From: Candidatus Bathyarchaeia archaeon
Lineage (GTDB): Archaea; Thermoproteota; Bathyarchaeia; Bathyarchaeales; Bathycorpusculaceae
Assembly (NCBI GenBank): GCA_049512075.1
Contig: JBEKXL010000003.1
Span: forward strand, 143,688-207,687
Reading direction: 5' to 3'
Length of the DNA stretch: 64,000 nt
The translations under genes and the position numbers were made by a program. Under the pieces are notes generated by a model. The model searched no databases. It was not told where the DNA came from and worked only from the letters and a program-made list of their open reading frames with translations. Shown piece by piece: positions 47,493 through 56,560 of the stretch; the first letter of the stretch is position 1; each line of letters opens with the position of its first letter.

Positions 47493-48182
47493 GCGAACTT
47501 GCCATGCGGGAGTATCCGAAACGTCGAACCTGCAATCTGCCCGATTTCTACCTGCTTTGACAAGTTGATGATGAGTTCGAAGCGAACTGCCAACATCGAA
47601 CTTGGAGTATCCAATGGGCGGCTTTCGAACTTCAATCTGCCCAAAACATCCCTGCTTTACTGCCAATCTCCTCAAATCATCCTTGTTATCTGCCCATTTT
47701 ATCCTTACCGAAGTGTAGGTGTGCTGAACAACAGGAGATGCCCATTTCATCCTTGCATTGGCGTTTGTGGGACGTTTCAGGCAGCAGGATTGAGCGTCGA
47801 ACTGGGACGAATAATGTAAAATACGCCCAAATCGTCCTTGTTTTCGGAAATCGGGCGTGTCAAGCGACTGTAAAAATCTTGGAAGTCGAACCTCAAAACT
47901 CAACCTAACCGCGGTAGGTCGCCGCTGCTTTGTACTTATTGTGCTTTTCCGAAATCCAGTCGAAAAATACACCATCATTTCCCATGCAAGCGTCTAGGCG
48001 TCGAACTGTAGCGGAAAGGGTCGAACTGGGGAGATTTCGAAGCGAACTGGGCGAACTAGGAAAGAATCTGGGAGATTGCTTTTTCATTGTTTCCTGCTGT
48101 CTCCCATGCCATCATCGGATACTCACCTAAAACTCGTCTATCCTCCCCTGCTTGCAGATTTGACTCTCGAACTGGGGAGATT
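47493..48182 (+). repeat. Iteron-like array of CGAAC(T/C) repeats, putative origin
   Basis: 12 co-oriented copies counted; TCGAACTGGGGAGATT identical at 48021 and 48167; TTCGAAGCGAACTG at 47576 and 48036. Confidence 0.7.
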
Positions 48183-48238
48183 AAGGTGTTCAGCAGCGAG
48201 ACATTCACTTTTCCATCAAAATTCCTGCACCTTGCGTT

Positions 48239-48291
48239 CTTTAAATGGTGTCTCCCCTGCTGAAGGTCGAGATCGCTGTTGAACTGTCAAC
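48239..48291 (+). repeat. 53-bp direct repeat, copy 1
   Basis: CTTTAAATGGYGTCTCCCMTGCTGAAGGTCGAGATCGCTGTTGAAYTGTCAAC; three mismatches vs 49358-49410. Confidence 0.9.
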
Positions 48292-48398
48292 TGCTAAAGC
48301 GTCGCCATGCTAGAACGCCATCGACAGTACACCTATCTATGTGCGCGCACTAGGTGCTTTTCAGGTCACAGGCAGCGAGTTCTCAGACGCGTTTCGTA

Positions 48399-49097
48399 TC
48401 AGACTGTTTCTTTGCTTGCCGAAAGACGGAAGTCTATTAATCTCGGAGCAAGTAGGCGAAAGACGTGATAGTCATCTAAATTCTGCTCATGGAAGTTTCT
48501 GGTAATGAAGGTGAATTTTATGAAACCGAATACGAGGTCATTATACCTTTCTCTAAAAGCACTATATGTTTGGTCCAGATATTCGGTCTGTGCACGCGAG
48601 CCAGGAGTTTGAGCAATCGGTTCAATCTTCTTGGTCTTCTCCTTCACAAGCATCGCAAAGTCAGTAACCATTGTCGAATACCTGCCAAACAAGCGCAACA
48701 GTCGAATGAAGACGGGTTTAAATTCGGTTATAGTGTTCTTCTTTTCAAAGAGTTCAAGACTCTTCCGCAATTCTGCATAGTCTTCTTGAACGGTTCTGAA
48801 ATTCTCACGGAACTGAGTTGTCTCGCGTGGCGTGACATCTATGTGAAAATCATTATGCATGTATGCAATTGAATACATGTAGTTATCTCCCATAAACTGT
48901 CCCAATGATTCCACATAGTACCAGAACTCCTTGAGCACATTTTCTGGAACCTCATTCTTCACGGCGGTCTCAGAAACCCGACCCTCCATGTAGTTTATGA
49001 TGCCTTGCCGTGCTATCTCACTCCAATTCACTTCACCAAAATGCTTCATCTTCTCATCCAGTTCGTCGGTTATGTAAAGTGTAATGTTTCTTGCCAT
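48399..49097 (-). CDS. Protein with N-terminal RHH/antitoxin-like domain and helical C-terminus
   Basis: MARNITLYITDELDEKMKHFGEVNWSEIARQGI. Confidence 0.7.
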   Translation of the reverse strand: MARNITLYITDELDEKMKHFGEVNWSEIARQGIINYMEGRVSETAVKNEVPENVLKEFWYYVESLGQFMGDNYMYSIAYMHNDFHIDVTPRETTQFRENFRTVQEDYAELRKSLELFEKKNTITEFKPVFIRLLRLFGRYSTMVTDFAMLVKEKTKKIEPIAQTPGSRAQTEYLDQTYSAFRERYNDLVFGFIKFTFITRNFHEQNLDDYHVFRLLAPRLIDFRLSASKETV

Positions 49098-49224
49098 TGC
49101 TAATCACTGTAAAGAAAGTAAACCCAAATGGTCTTATAAGTGTTGCTGTGGATTATGTGGGTTCTGCAGCTATTAACAGTGGATAAAAGCAAACATATAA
49201 TAGGACGATCAACCCACTGCTACT

Positions 49225-49340
49225 AGGCGCGCACAAATCGGGCTTCAACGGCGACCAGGGTCGTGTTGGCCGCACGGTGTGAGGTCGCTGTTGAGGCAAG
49301 CGATTTGTCTGAGAATAGGTCAACGTGTTATTTTAGTTTT
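49225..49340 (+). ncRNA. Putative hairpin small RNA
   Basis: BRE/TATA-like AAAAGCAAACATATAA at 49185-49200; stems ACAAATCG/CGATTTGT and GCTTCAACGGCGACC/GGTCGCTGTTGAGGC; T-rich tract at about 49328-49341. Confidence 0.5.
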
Positions 49341-49357
49341 TCCTTGCACTCTCACGC

Positions 49358-49410
49358 CTTTAAATGGCGTCTCCCATGCTGAAGGTCGAGATCGCTGTTG
49401 AATTGTCAAC
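49358..49410 (+). repeat. 53-bp direct repeat, copy 2
   Basis: Matches 48239-48291. Confidence 0.9.
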
Positions 49411-49438
49411 AACTCACCGACGTTGCCAACTGCCTGGT

Positions 49439-50395
49439 TCATCTTCTATTGAGAACGTAAGCGAGATACACCGCAATCAGAGGGCCGAAAACTGTTGAAA
49501 ACGCTATGAGGGCAGCGTCTGCGTTGATTTCGCCAGAGTAGAGCAAAAAGACAGGGGCGACGAGGCTGACGGCCGAAATGATGCCGACGACTACCACGTG
49601 TTTGTGAATATCATGCCTTTTGAGGGTTTCAAATATGGGATACTTAAGACTTGGCTTGTCGGTGAAAAGCAGGGTTCCCCGCTTTTGGAAATCTTCAATG
49701 TCACCGTTCATTTGGACTAGTCGGCTCTTGGTCGGCTCGATCAGAAATTGTCCAAACTCCGTGAGCACGAAGAACACCGTGTCCCCCTGCTCCTTCTTGG
49801 TCCTATGTTCAAGAGTATAGATCAGGCGGCTCTCAAACGCCTTCCTGAACTTGTTTAGTTCGCCGCCTATTTCTTCCATCACGACCTTCACGTCACCCAT
49901 CTTCCAATATTCATTCAGGAGCACGTATGTCTCGCGCAGGTATCTGAGACATTGATGCCTCGCTGGCTCCAATCCCTCGTGCACGTACGACGCGAGACTT
50001 GTCCACGCATCGTACACTTTCAGAAATATCTTCTCGTCTGAAGAAAGGTAAAGCTCGTAGAACACTGGAACTCCTTTTGACAATATCATGCGCCGCCCCA
50101 AAAACGAGATGCCAATAGCCCCGAGGAAAAGAAGAATAGTTACGCTGCCCCCAAGTATGGAATTTTTCGAGACGTAAAACACGAAAAACATGGCTGCCAT
50201 GCCGCCGAGCACCAATAAGATCCCCAAATTCTGAACCCTTCTACCCGATCTTGATAGGTCGTTGTAAGTTCTTATGCGTGTTTCAAGTACATCCTTGTGG
50301 TTTTTGAAATAATCCTCCATGGAACGCTCGGGCATCTGCATGTTTAACCATTGTCGGAAACTGCAGATATAATTCTTTTCCTCATAGCGCTTCAC
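49439..50395 (-). CDS. Hypothetical membrane protein (two TM pairs around a helical domain); start uncertain
   Basis: 318-aa ORF with N- and C-terminal hydrophobic hairpins. Confidence 0.65.
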   Translation of the reverse strand: MKRYEEKNYICSFRQWLNMQMPERSMEDYFKNHKDVLETRIRTYNDLSRSGRRVQNLGILLVLGGMAAMFFVFYVSKNSILGGSVTILLFLGAIGISFLGRRMILSKGVPVFYELYLSSDEKIFLKVYDAWTSLASYVHEGLEPARHQCLRYLRETYVLLNEYWKMGDVKVVMEEIGGELNKFRKAFESRLIYTLEHRTKKEQGDTVFFVLTEFGQFLIEPTKSRLVQMNGDIEDFQKRGTLLFTDKPSLKYPIFETLKRHDIHKHVVVVGIISAVSLVAPVFLLYSGEINADAALIAFSTVFGPLIAVYLAYVLNRR

Positions 50396-50519
50396 TGGGC
50401 TGGGTGCATAGAGAAGCGGTCAAACGATATTTTAACTGAGTAAAATGCCGCATACTGGTTTGGTTTGGCACAAGGGTATTATATAAAGCCATAACATATC
50501 CCTAGGGTATAAGTTTGAG

Positions 50520-51113
50520 ATGAATGAAATGAGCAAGAGAAAACCGTCCATACACCTCCAGAACATAGTTGCTTCAGCGACGGTCAATCAGAGGATTAGC
50601 TTGAAAACGATTGTTGAAAAGTTTCCGCACGCCGAGTACAGTCCAAAAGTGTTTCCTGGGCTTGTTTTCCGGTTGAAGAAGCCCAAGACGGCTACGTTGA
50701 TATTTGAAACGGGCAAGATGGTTTGCACGGGGGCGAAGTCGGAGAAGGAAGCGATTCAGGCGGTTAATAAGGTGACGAAGGAGCTGAAAAGCCATGGAAT
50801 ACCAATCACCAACAAACCGGTTATCACCATACAGAACATCGTTGCTTCGGCGGAGTTAAACGGGGAAATAGACTTGGAGAACGTCGTTTACAAGCTCAAG
50901 AGAGTGATGTATGAACCTGAACAGTTTCCAGGAGCGGTCTACAGAATGGAGCAACCGAAGGTCGTGTTTCTCATATTCTCAGCGGGAAAGCTGGTGTGCG
51001 TGGGCGCTAAGAAAGAACAAGACGTCTATGAAGCGGTTGGCAAGCTTCAGGCATTACTGGAAGAACAAGAGCTCATTTTCTACCCAGAAGAGAAGGCTGC
51101 GAGCACTGGGTAG
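50520..51113 (+). CDS. tbp: TATA-box-binding protein
   Basis: Two repeats QNIVASA...Y.P..FPG...LIF..GK.VC.GAK. Confidence 0.98.
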   Translation: MNEMSKRKPSIHLQNIVASATVNQRISLKTIVEKFPHAEYSPKVFPGLVFRLKKPKTATLIFETGKMVCTGAKSEKEAIQAVNKVTKELKSHGIPITNKPVITIQNIVASAELNGEIDLENVVYKLKRVMYEPEQFPGAVYRMEQPKVVFLIFSAGKLVCVGAKKEQDVYEAVGKLQALLEEQELIFYPEEKAASTG

Positions 51114-51262
51114 TCCATGTTGAAATTCGAACTCTTGGTTTTGATTGCTTAATCCGCGATTTTTCTGAGGCTCAATTCGTTTATGCGGTTCGTGCGTAAT
51201 GAACAAAATGTACTTTAGTTTTGTTGTGTTTTAGTGGTTTCGATAGATAGGTTAGGGAATGA

Positions 51263-52213
51263 GTGGCGTTGAGCGTTAACACTGCCGTTTGCAACGTGTG
51301 TAATCGAAGGGAAGCATTTTTCTTCAGATCCTACTCTGGGATGGGTCTCTGCAAGAGGTGTTTTACCCAGTCCATTGAGGAAAAGACGAGGGCAACGATT
51401 GCGAAGTATCAGATGTTCAGGTTCGACGACAGGATAGCTGTGGCTGTTTCAGGAGGGAAAGACAGCGTTAGCCTGCTGCACGTTTTGGCGAAGATAGAAC
51501 TGAGACATCCGAAGGCTCGGCTTGTCGCCGTCACGGTTGACGAAGGAATCATGGGCTACCGAGACGAAGCATTGAAGATAGCCGCAGAAAATTGTGAAAA
51601 GCTTGGCGTGGAACATTGCGTGGTTTCTTTCAAAGAACTTTTCGGCTGCACCTTCGACCAGATGGTGAGGCGCTTGAAGGGCAAGGACGATGTGAAGCTT
51701 ACGCCGTGCGCGTATTGTGGTGTCCTGCGGAGAAAAGCTTTGAACACAGCGGCGAGGAAAATCGGCGCCGACAAGCTTGCAACGGCCCATACTCTCGATG
51801 ACGAGACGCAGACGATTCTTCTGAACATTCTCCACGGAGACGTCTTGCGAATAGCAAGGGAAAAGCCGGTTACAGACGAAGTGCACCCGAAGCTCGTGCC
51901 CAGAATAAAGCCCTTCTGCGAGATTCCTGAGAGAGAAACCGCGCTGTACGCATACGTCAAGGGAATAAGATTCCAGAGCACTCCGTGTCCCTACGCTTCA
52001 GAGGCTTTGAGGAACGACGCACGCATGATGCTTAATAGGATGGAAGAAAAGCACCCTGGGATAAAATTCACCATTTTCAAGTCGATAGAGAAGATTAGGC
52101 CTGCAATTGAGGAAACCGCAAAGAAGGAAGGGCTGGGCGAGTGCATCGAATGCGGAGAACCGACAACGGATAAGATTTGCAGGACGTGCCAGCTGCTGAA
52201 GCTTATGAAGTGA
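51263..52213 (+). CDS. tRNA 2-thiolation protein (Ncs6/TtuA family)
   Basis: N- and C-terminal CxxC zinc fingers, PP-loop SGGKDS, PCAYCGVLRR, PCPY. Confidence 0.9.
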   Translation: MALSVNTAVCNVCNRREAFFFRSYSGMGLCKRCFTQSIEEKTRATIAKYQMFRFDDRIAVAVSGGKDSVSLLHVLAKIELRHPKARLVAVTVDEGIMGYRDEALKIAAENCEKLGVEHCVVSFKELFGCTFDQMVRRLKGKDDVKLTPCAYCGVLRRKALNTAARKIGADKLATAHTLDDETQTILLNILHGDVLRIAREKPVTDEVHPKLVPRIKPFCEIPERETALYAYVKGIRFQSTPCPYASEALRNDARMMLNRMEEKHPGIKFTIFKSIEKIRPAIEETAKKEGLGECIECGEPTTDKICRTCQLLKLMK

Positions 52214-52231
52214 TGTGAACCATGGCTTGCA

Positions 52232-52459
52232 CTAAGACGTTTGAAGACCTCTCTCCTTCGCGGCGGCATCGGTTTTCATTTTGCGCAGCATGACCGACGC
52301 CTCGTTGGCCGTGCTAGCTGAGGCCAGTTTCTTTGCCTTCTGAAGGAAGATTGTGAAGCCACAGTGCGGGCACGTTCTTGTCTTCTGGTCAGCTTTGGCG
52401 AGCAGAAGGCCGCCGCATCTGCTGCAAACAACTATCAGTGTTGGAGCCATTGCCTTCAC
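52232..52459 (-). CDS. Zinc-ribbon protein (DUF1922-like)
   Basis: CSRCGG...KTRTCPHCG. Confidence 0.7.
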   Translation of the reverse strand: MKAMAPTLIVVCSRCGGLLLAKADQKTRTCPHCGFTIFLQKAKKLASASTANEASVMLRKMKTDAAAKERGLQTS

Positions 52460-52519
52460 CTATCGAAAGCCTTTTCCACATCCAACTAGATAACGCTTAG
52501 TGCTGAGAGGAATGGGTGC

Positions 52520-52888
52520 ATGAGCAACGATCAAGAAGGCAAACCAAAATCAGCGTCGAGTCTGGTTCAGGCGGCAGTGCACTATTTCAAGAAAGAGGGT
52601 TATAAGGTTGAGCAGAACGCTACGACGCTTGAAGGTTTCAGCGGGGTTTCGAGAGGTTTTGATTTGATAGTTCAGAAGGGACGCGTTGAGCAGGGCGTCT
52701 GGGTTAGAGATTGGAACAGGACCATAGGAGTCAACGTGATAATAAATATGGACAAGGCCTCTGAGGATGTGGGGCTGTCTGGCCCCATTATAGTGGGTGA
52801 AAAATTCAGCGATCACGCAAAATCCTACGCAAACCGAAGAAAAATCACGCTGCTCACAAAAAGACAAATAACCTTAAGCCTAAGGTAA
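52520..52888 (+). CDS. Mrr/PD-(D/E)xK endonuclease-like protein
   Basis: YFKKEGYKV, GFSGVSRGFDLIV, FSDHAKSYA. Confidence 0.65.
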   Translation: MSNDQEGKPKSASSLVQAAVHYFKKEGYKVEQNATTLEGFSGVSRGFDLIVQKGRVEQGVWVRDWNRTIGVNVIINMDKASEDVGLSGPIIVGEKFSDHAKSYANRRKITLLTKRQITLSLR

Positions 52889-52893
52889 ACACG

Positions 52894-53481
52894 CTAGATC
52901 TTTAAGAACTCATCGAGCAGGCCTTCATTCTCCAGTTTGCCCAGCCAATCCACAACGCCCACACAGCACTTGCTGGAATCAGCCATCACTTCCAGCATTG
53001 CGCCGACGATTTCTTCTGCACTCTTCCCTGTGACGTCCAATTCGCAGGTTCTTCCTTCCCCTCCCGCGTTCAAGGCGTCCACCAAGCACACATCCAATAT
53101 TTCAGAGGCCAGGTTCTCCATCATCTTGGGTTCAGAAAAGCCGCACCGTTTCATGAACTCCCGCAGCTCAACAGGATCACGCCTCAACACGAACACGAAC
53201 GTCACAAGTTTCGGTGGAACAACGCTGACGGCGTAATGCCCATCAATTACAACTTCCTCCTTGTCTGTTTTCTCGACTAGCTCACGAATTCTCTTTCTCA
53301 TCCTTGATTCGTCGACTATAATCGTATCTCGCCTCTCATCTTTTCCTGAGGTAAGATGATCTCTCAGGGCCAAGTCGGTCAAGTTGATGTACAAAGCGTC
53401 AAGCTTGGCTGTAAGCAAACGTGCTACTGAAGTTTTTCCAACGCAAGGCGTTCCAGTTACCAAGATGACGCGTTTAGGCAT
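52894..53481 (-). CDS. Adenylate kinase AK6/Fap7 family
   Basis: GTPCVGKTS, IDGH, ENLASEILD. Confidence 0.9.
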   Translation of the reverse strand: MPKRVILVTGTPCVGKTSVARLLTAKLDALYINLTDLALRDHLTSGKDERRDTIIVDESRMRKRIRELVEKTDKEEVVIDGHYAVSVVPPKLVTFVFVLRRDPVELREFMKRCGFSEPKMMENLASEILDVCLVDALNAGGEGRTCELDVTGKSAEEIVGAMLEVMADSSKCCVGVVDWLGKLENEGLLDEFLKI

Positions 53482-53568
53482 GGGTAAGCAAACCTTACTG
53501 GTTCTAGTTAGGCGCGTGGCAAAATAAGGTTTCCAAAATTCTTATTGCACACCTGTGTGCACTCTATC

Positions 53569-53891
53569 TTGGGCTGGCGAGTCGGTGTGTGGCTTTCGAG
53601 CCTCATATTGGAAGGCTTGAGGAAACTCCGCCCACGCGTAGAATTGCAACGCTCGAAAGGGCGTAAGGTGAGAACCTTGGCTACGGAGCAGAAACGAAAC
53701 GTCCGCCCGGCAAATGCCTATGACACATGCTAAGTTGTCGAGAATGCCGGGTGTGAAACGGTGAAACGGCCGTCCTGCAAGTGGAAAGGGCAAACAGACG
53801 CCGATGAAGAATCTACCTGAAGCGCGGGTAGCCCGATTAGCCGAATGCCACAAAAAACAAAAGGCGGGTTACGGCCAACACACCAGCCCAA
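53569..53891 (+). ncRNA. rnpB: RNase P RNA
   Basis: CR-I GAGGAAACTCCGCC, GCAGAAAC, TGAAACGG, CR-V ACAAAAGGCGGGTTAC; P1 TTGGGCTGG/CCAGCCCAA; TATA-like CTTATT upstream. Confidence 0.95.
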
Positions 53892-54778
53892 TTTTACTGC
53901 ACACCGCCGAAATTCTAAACGTACTAATCCAAATGAAGAACGACAACAAAAGCGACTACACCATAAAATTCACAAACAAAGCACTAACATTCTTGAGCCA
54001 ACACACCAGCTTAAACGAACCAGAAGCAGTTAAAGCACTAATAGCCAAACTGCAAACCCGAAACGGATACAAACGAAACCTCTGCATAGCCTACAACAAA
54101 TACTGCAAGCACTACCAAATAGAATGGAAAATGCCCCACTACGAACCCGAAGCCCAAAACATCAAACTACCAACCAAAGAAAGACTGAACATGCTCATAG
54201 CAAACGCAAGCCAACCACTCGCACTAAAACTAACTCTCAGCATGGAAACAGGACTCAGACCCGTGGAACTATGCAGATTAAAAGTCAAAGACGTAGACAC
54301 CGACCACAAAGTAATCAACCCGATAACAGCCAAACACGGAGCACCAAGAACCCTGAAAATATCTAACAACCTAAACGAAAGAATACAAGAACACATACTG
54401 AAAAACAACCTCACCGCAAACGACAACCTATTCAAAGGCACATCCGACGACTACGGAAAACACTACCGAGCCATGAGAAACGCACTAGCACAGAAACTCA
54501 AAGACCCAAACATACACAGCATAAGACTATACGACTTCCGACACTACTTCTGCACGACAACTCTACACAGAACCAAAGACCCATTCTACACCATGACCCA
54601 AATGGGACACAAGAAACTAACAACGACACAGAAGTACATGCATTTACTAGACCTTAATGATGATGAATGGACAGTCAAGACAGCCACCAACATCAAAGAA
54701 GCCACAGAATTCCTAGAAGCGGGATTCGAATACATTCAAGAAATAGACGGAATCAGACTATACCGAAAACGCAAATAA
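53804..54778 (+). CDS. Tyrosine recombinase/integrase whose 5' end overlaps rnpB
   Basis: ETGLRPVEL (R), TAKHG (K), YDFRH (xxR), MGHK (H), TQKY (Y). Confidence 0.9.
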   Translation: MKNLPEARVARLAECHKKQKAGYGQHTSPILLHTAEILNVLIQMKNDNKSDYTIKFTNKALTFLSQHTSLNEPEAVKALIAKLQTRNGYKRNLCIAYNKYCKHYQIEWKMPHYEPEAQNIKLPTKERLNMLIANASQPLALKLTLSMETGLRPVELCRLKVKDVDTDHKVINPITAKHGAPRTLKISNNLNERIQEHILKNNLTANDNLFKGTSDDYGKHYRAMRNALAQKLKDPNIHSIRLYDFRHYFCTTTLHRTKDPFYTMTQMGHKKLTTTQKYMHLLDLNDDEWTVKTATNIKEATEFLEAGFEYIQEIDGIRLYRKRK

Positions 54779-54931
54779 AACACAAACAACCCTTCTTTTT
54801 TCTATTCAATGTCATGCTTAACCAATATGTCGCGCTCAGCTTCGCTTCGCGCTCCAACCGCGCGCGCTAGGTTCGCCTAAAGTTTTAAATTTTGATGGTT
54901 CATAGATTTGTGAATTGGAGGAAACATCATT

Positions 54932-55555
54932 TTGTCATGGGAAGGTTCAATATTGCTTGAAAAGGGCGAAAAGATAGTGACTTCTTGGCGAGGAAACCGA
55001 GAAATGACGCAGAAGGTTGCAGTAAGAGGTCAATATGGACGACAGAGAATAGAGGACGCAAAAGAACGCAAGAATGGTTTTCTTGTACTGACAAATCAAA
55101 GGCTGTTGTTTCTAGAAGAGCATGGAGTATTTAGCAAATCATATCACCAAGTGCTTGCAATACCCTTAGGAAAAGTCAGTGGAATATCGATGGGCGGCAT
55201 GCTCTCTCCTTTTGTCTCAATAGCAGACGATGTCGGAGCGTGCATGTTCCATTTGTGGGGCATTGGAAAAAGTCAATTTGAGCCTTTCCGACAGCAGATT
55301 ATAGATGAATGCCGAAAAAGAAGGGAAGAAATTGAGACAGAGAAAAAGAAAGAGAGGGTTCAAGTGGTTCTAGATTTTTCAGCACTTAAGGACTACATGG
55401 AAAAAGGCGGGCTAATACTTCAAAAAATGAAATGCCCAGAATGTGGAGCACCGTTGACGCTTCCAACTGTGGGAAATCAAACCAAGTGTGATCACTGCGG
55501 GAGCATGATCTATGCGCAAGATATTTTCGAGAAAGTAAAATCACTAATTGGGTAA
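54932..55555 (+). CDS. PH-like domain plus zinc ribbon protein
   Basis: GFLVLTNQRLLF, CPECGAPL...CDHCG. Confidence 0.75.
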   Translation: MSWEGSILLEKGEKIVTSWRGNREMTQKVAVRGQYGRQRIEDAKERKNGFLVLTNQRLLFLEEHGVFSKSYHQVLAIPLGKVSGISMGGMLSPFVSIADDVGACMFHLWGIGKSQFEPFRQQIIDECRKRREEIETEKKKERVQVVLDFSALKDYMEKGGLILQKMKCPECGAPLTLPTVGNQTKCDHCGSMIYAQDIFEKVKSLIG

Positions 55556-55589
55556 GCTTACAATCCCATGGTAAAGTCAGAGTGATGCG

Positions 55590-55790
55590 ATGTTTAATGA
55601 AAAAGGGCGGAAAGACAAGTGCTACGAATGTGGAGGTTCTCTTGAGCTTTTTGAGATTGACATGGAGAATGGAACACGAATAATGAAATGCCAAGTTTGT
55701 GCGCTCTATCATTTCTACAAAAAGGATTTTCTAGCCAAATGGAAACTCAGCAAAGTCAGTAAGGAAGTTCACTCTGGTACTGAACAATAA
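55590..55790 (+). CDS. Small zinc-ribbon protein
   Basis: CYECGG...CQVCAL. Confidence 0.6.
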   Translation: MFNEKGRKDKCYECGGSLELFEIDMENGTRIMKCQVCALYHFYKKDFLAKWKLSKVSKEVHSGTEQ

Positions 55791-55910
55791 ATCGACAGCC
55801 CGCGCGTTCACTCGCACGTTCCAGACGATACGTCACAAACAGCCGAGCGCGCGCTAGAAAAAACTCTTTTATAATGAGATACCACTTTAGTCCATGGAAG
55901 TTGTCTACCG

Positions 55911-56336
55911 ATGAAGGGTAATCCTCTATTCGGAGCATGGAGGCTGAAATCGCTTGAAACAAAGGCATCTGACGGATCTGTCTCCTATCCGTGGGGGAAA
56001 GAAACTCTTGGTTACGTCGTCATCAGCCCAGAAGGCTACTTTTGCGTCGCAATAATGAGCGCTAATCGCAGAAGATTCTCCTCACAAGATATGAAGGGAG
56101 GTAGCGCGGAAGAAAGAGCGAACGCTGCAGATTCATACATATCGTACTCCGGACCGTGTGAAATCGAGAAAGACAAGTTTCGAGTAAAGGTAGAAGTCAG
56201 CCTGTTCCCAAATTGGGTAGGCGGAATCCAAGAACGCAACTACAAGATCGAGGGAAAAACGCTCTCTGTATCGACTACTCCAACTCTTGTAAACGGAAAA
56301 GAACAGGTAGGCTACTTGATTTTCGAACGCGTCTGA
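55911..56336 (+). CDS. Lipocalin-like domain protein
   Basis: LFGAWRLKS, YISYSG, SLFPNWVG, final FERV. Confidence 0.85.
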   Translation: MKGNPLFGAWRLKSLETKASDGSVSYPWGKETLGYVVISPEGYFCVAIMSANRRRFSSQDMKGGSAEERANAADSYISYSGPCEIEKDKFRVKVEVSLFPNWVGGIQERNYKIEGKTLSVSTTPTLVNGKEQVGYLIFERV

Positions 56337-56467
56337 AACTGATCGCGCGCGCATGATCAAGCCGAAGTTTTGAAGCCCCAAGATCCAAAAGCTGTAAGCC
56401 GAGCCTCTTCTAGACTTCGAAAATTATTAAAGCACTATTACGCATATCATACCTTCTGGGAACATAA

Positions 56468-56560
56468 ATGCCGAAAAAAGAAAAACCGTTAACTAAGAAA
56501 GAGCGAGACGAGAAAAGGAAGAAACATAAGGAAAAGCAAAGCAAAACACAGGCTTCTTAA
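56468..56560 (+). CDS. 30-aa Lys-rich microprotein
   Basis: MPKKEKPLTKKERDEKRKKHKEKQSKTQAS; TTATTAAA box upstream, T-tract downstream. Confidence 0.45.
   Translation: MPKKEKPLTKKERDEKRKKHKEKQSKTQAS

Larger units (their letters stand above)
41100..50400. mobile_element. Integrated plasmid/satellite-like element between pelota and TBP (ends approximate)
   Basis: Integrase, divergent regulators, operon of hypothetical genes, ATPase/Rep, iteron-like array and cargo genes interrupting a housekeeping block. Confidence 0.8.

Noticed and set aside
47382-48282. ORFs up to 198 aa across the iteron region
   Set aside because: No recognisable motifs, overlapping on both strands, composition explained by the repeats
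47493-49410. CRISPR array or integron attC sites
   Set aside because: Repeats are too short or only two copies, spacing is irregular, there are no cas genes and no RYYYAAC/GTTRRRY boxes
41063-50393. GCGCTTC shared by the pelota 3' end and about 50387 as att core of the element
   Set aside because: A 7-bp match is expected by chance; kept only as a candidate for empty-site comparison
50396-50406. TGGGCTGG resembling the rnpB termini
   Set aside because: Only 8 bp and on the wrong side of the rnpB integrase to be its partner att site
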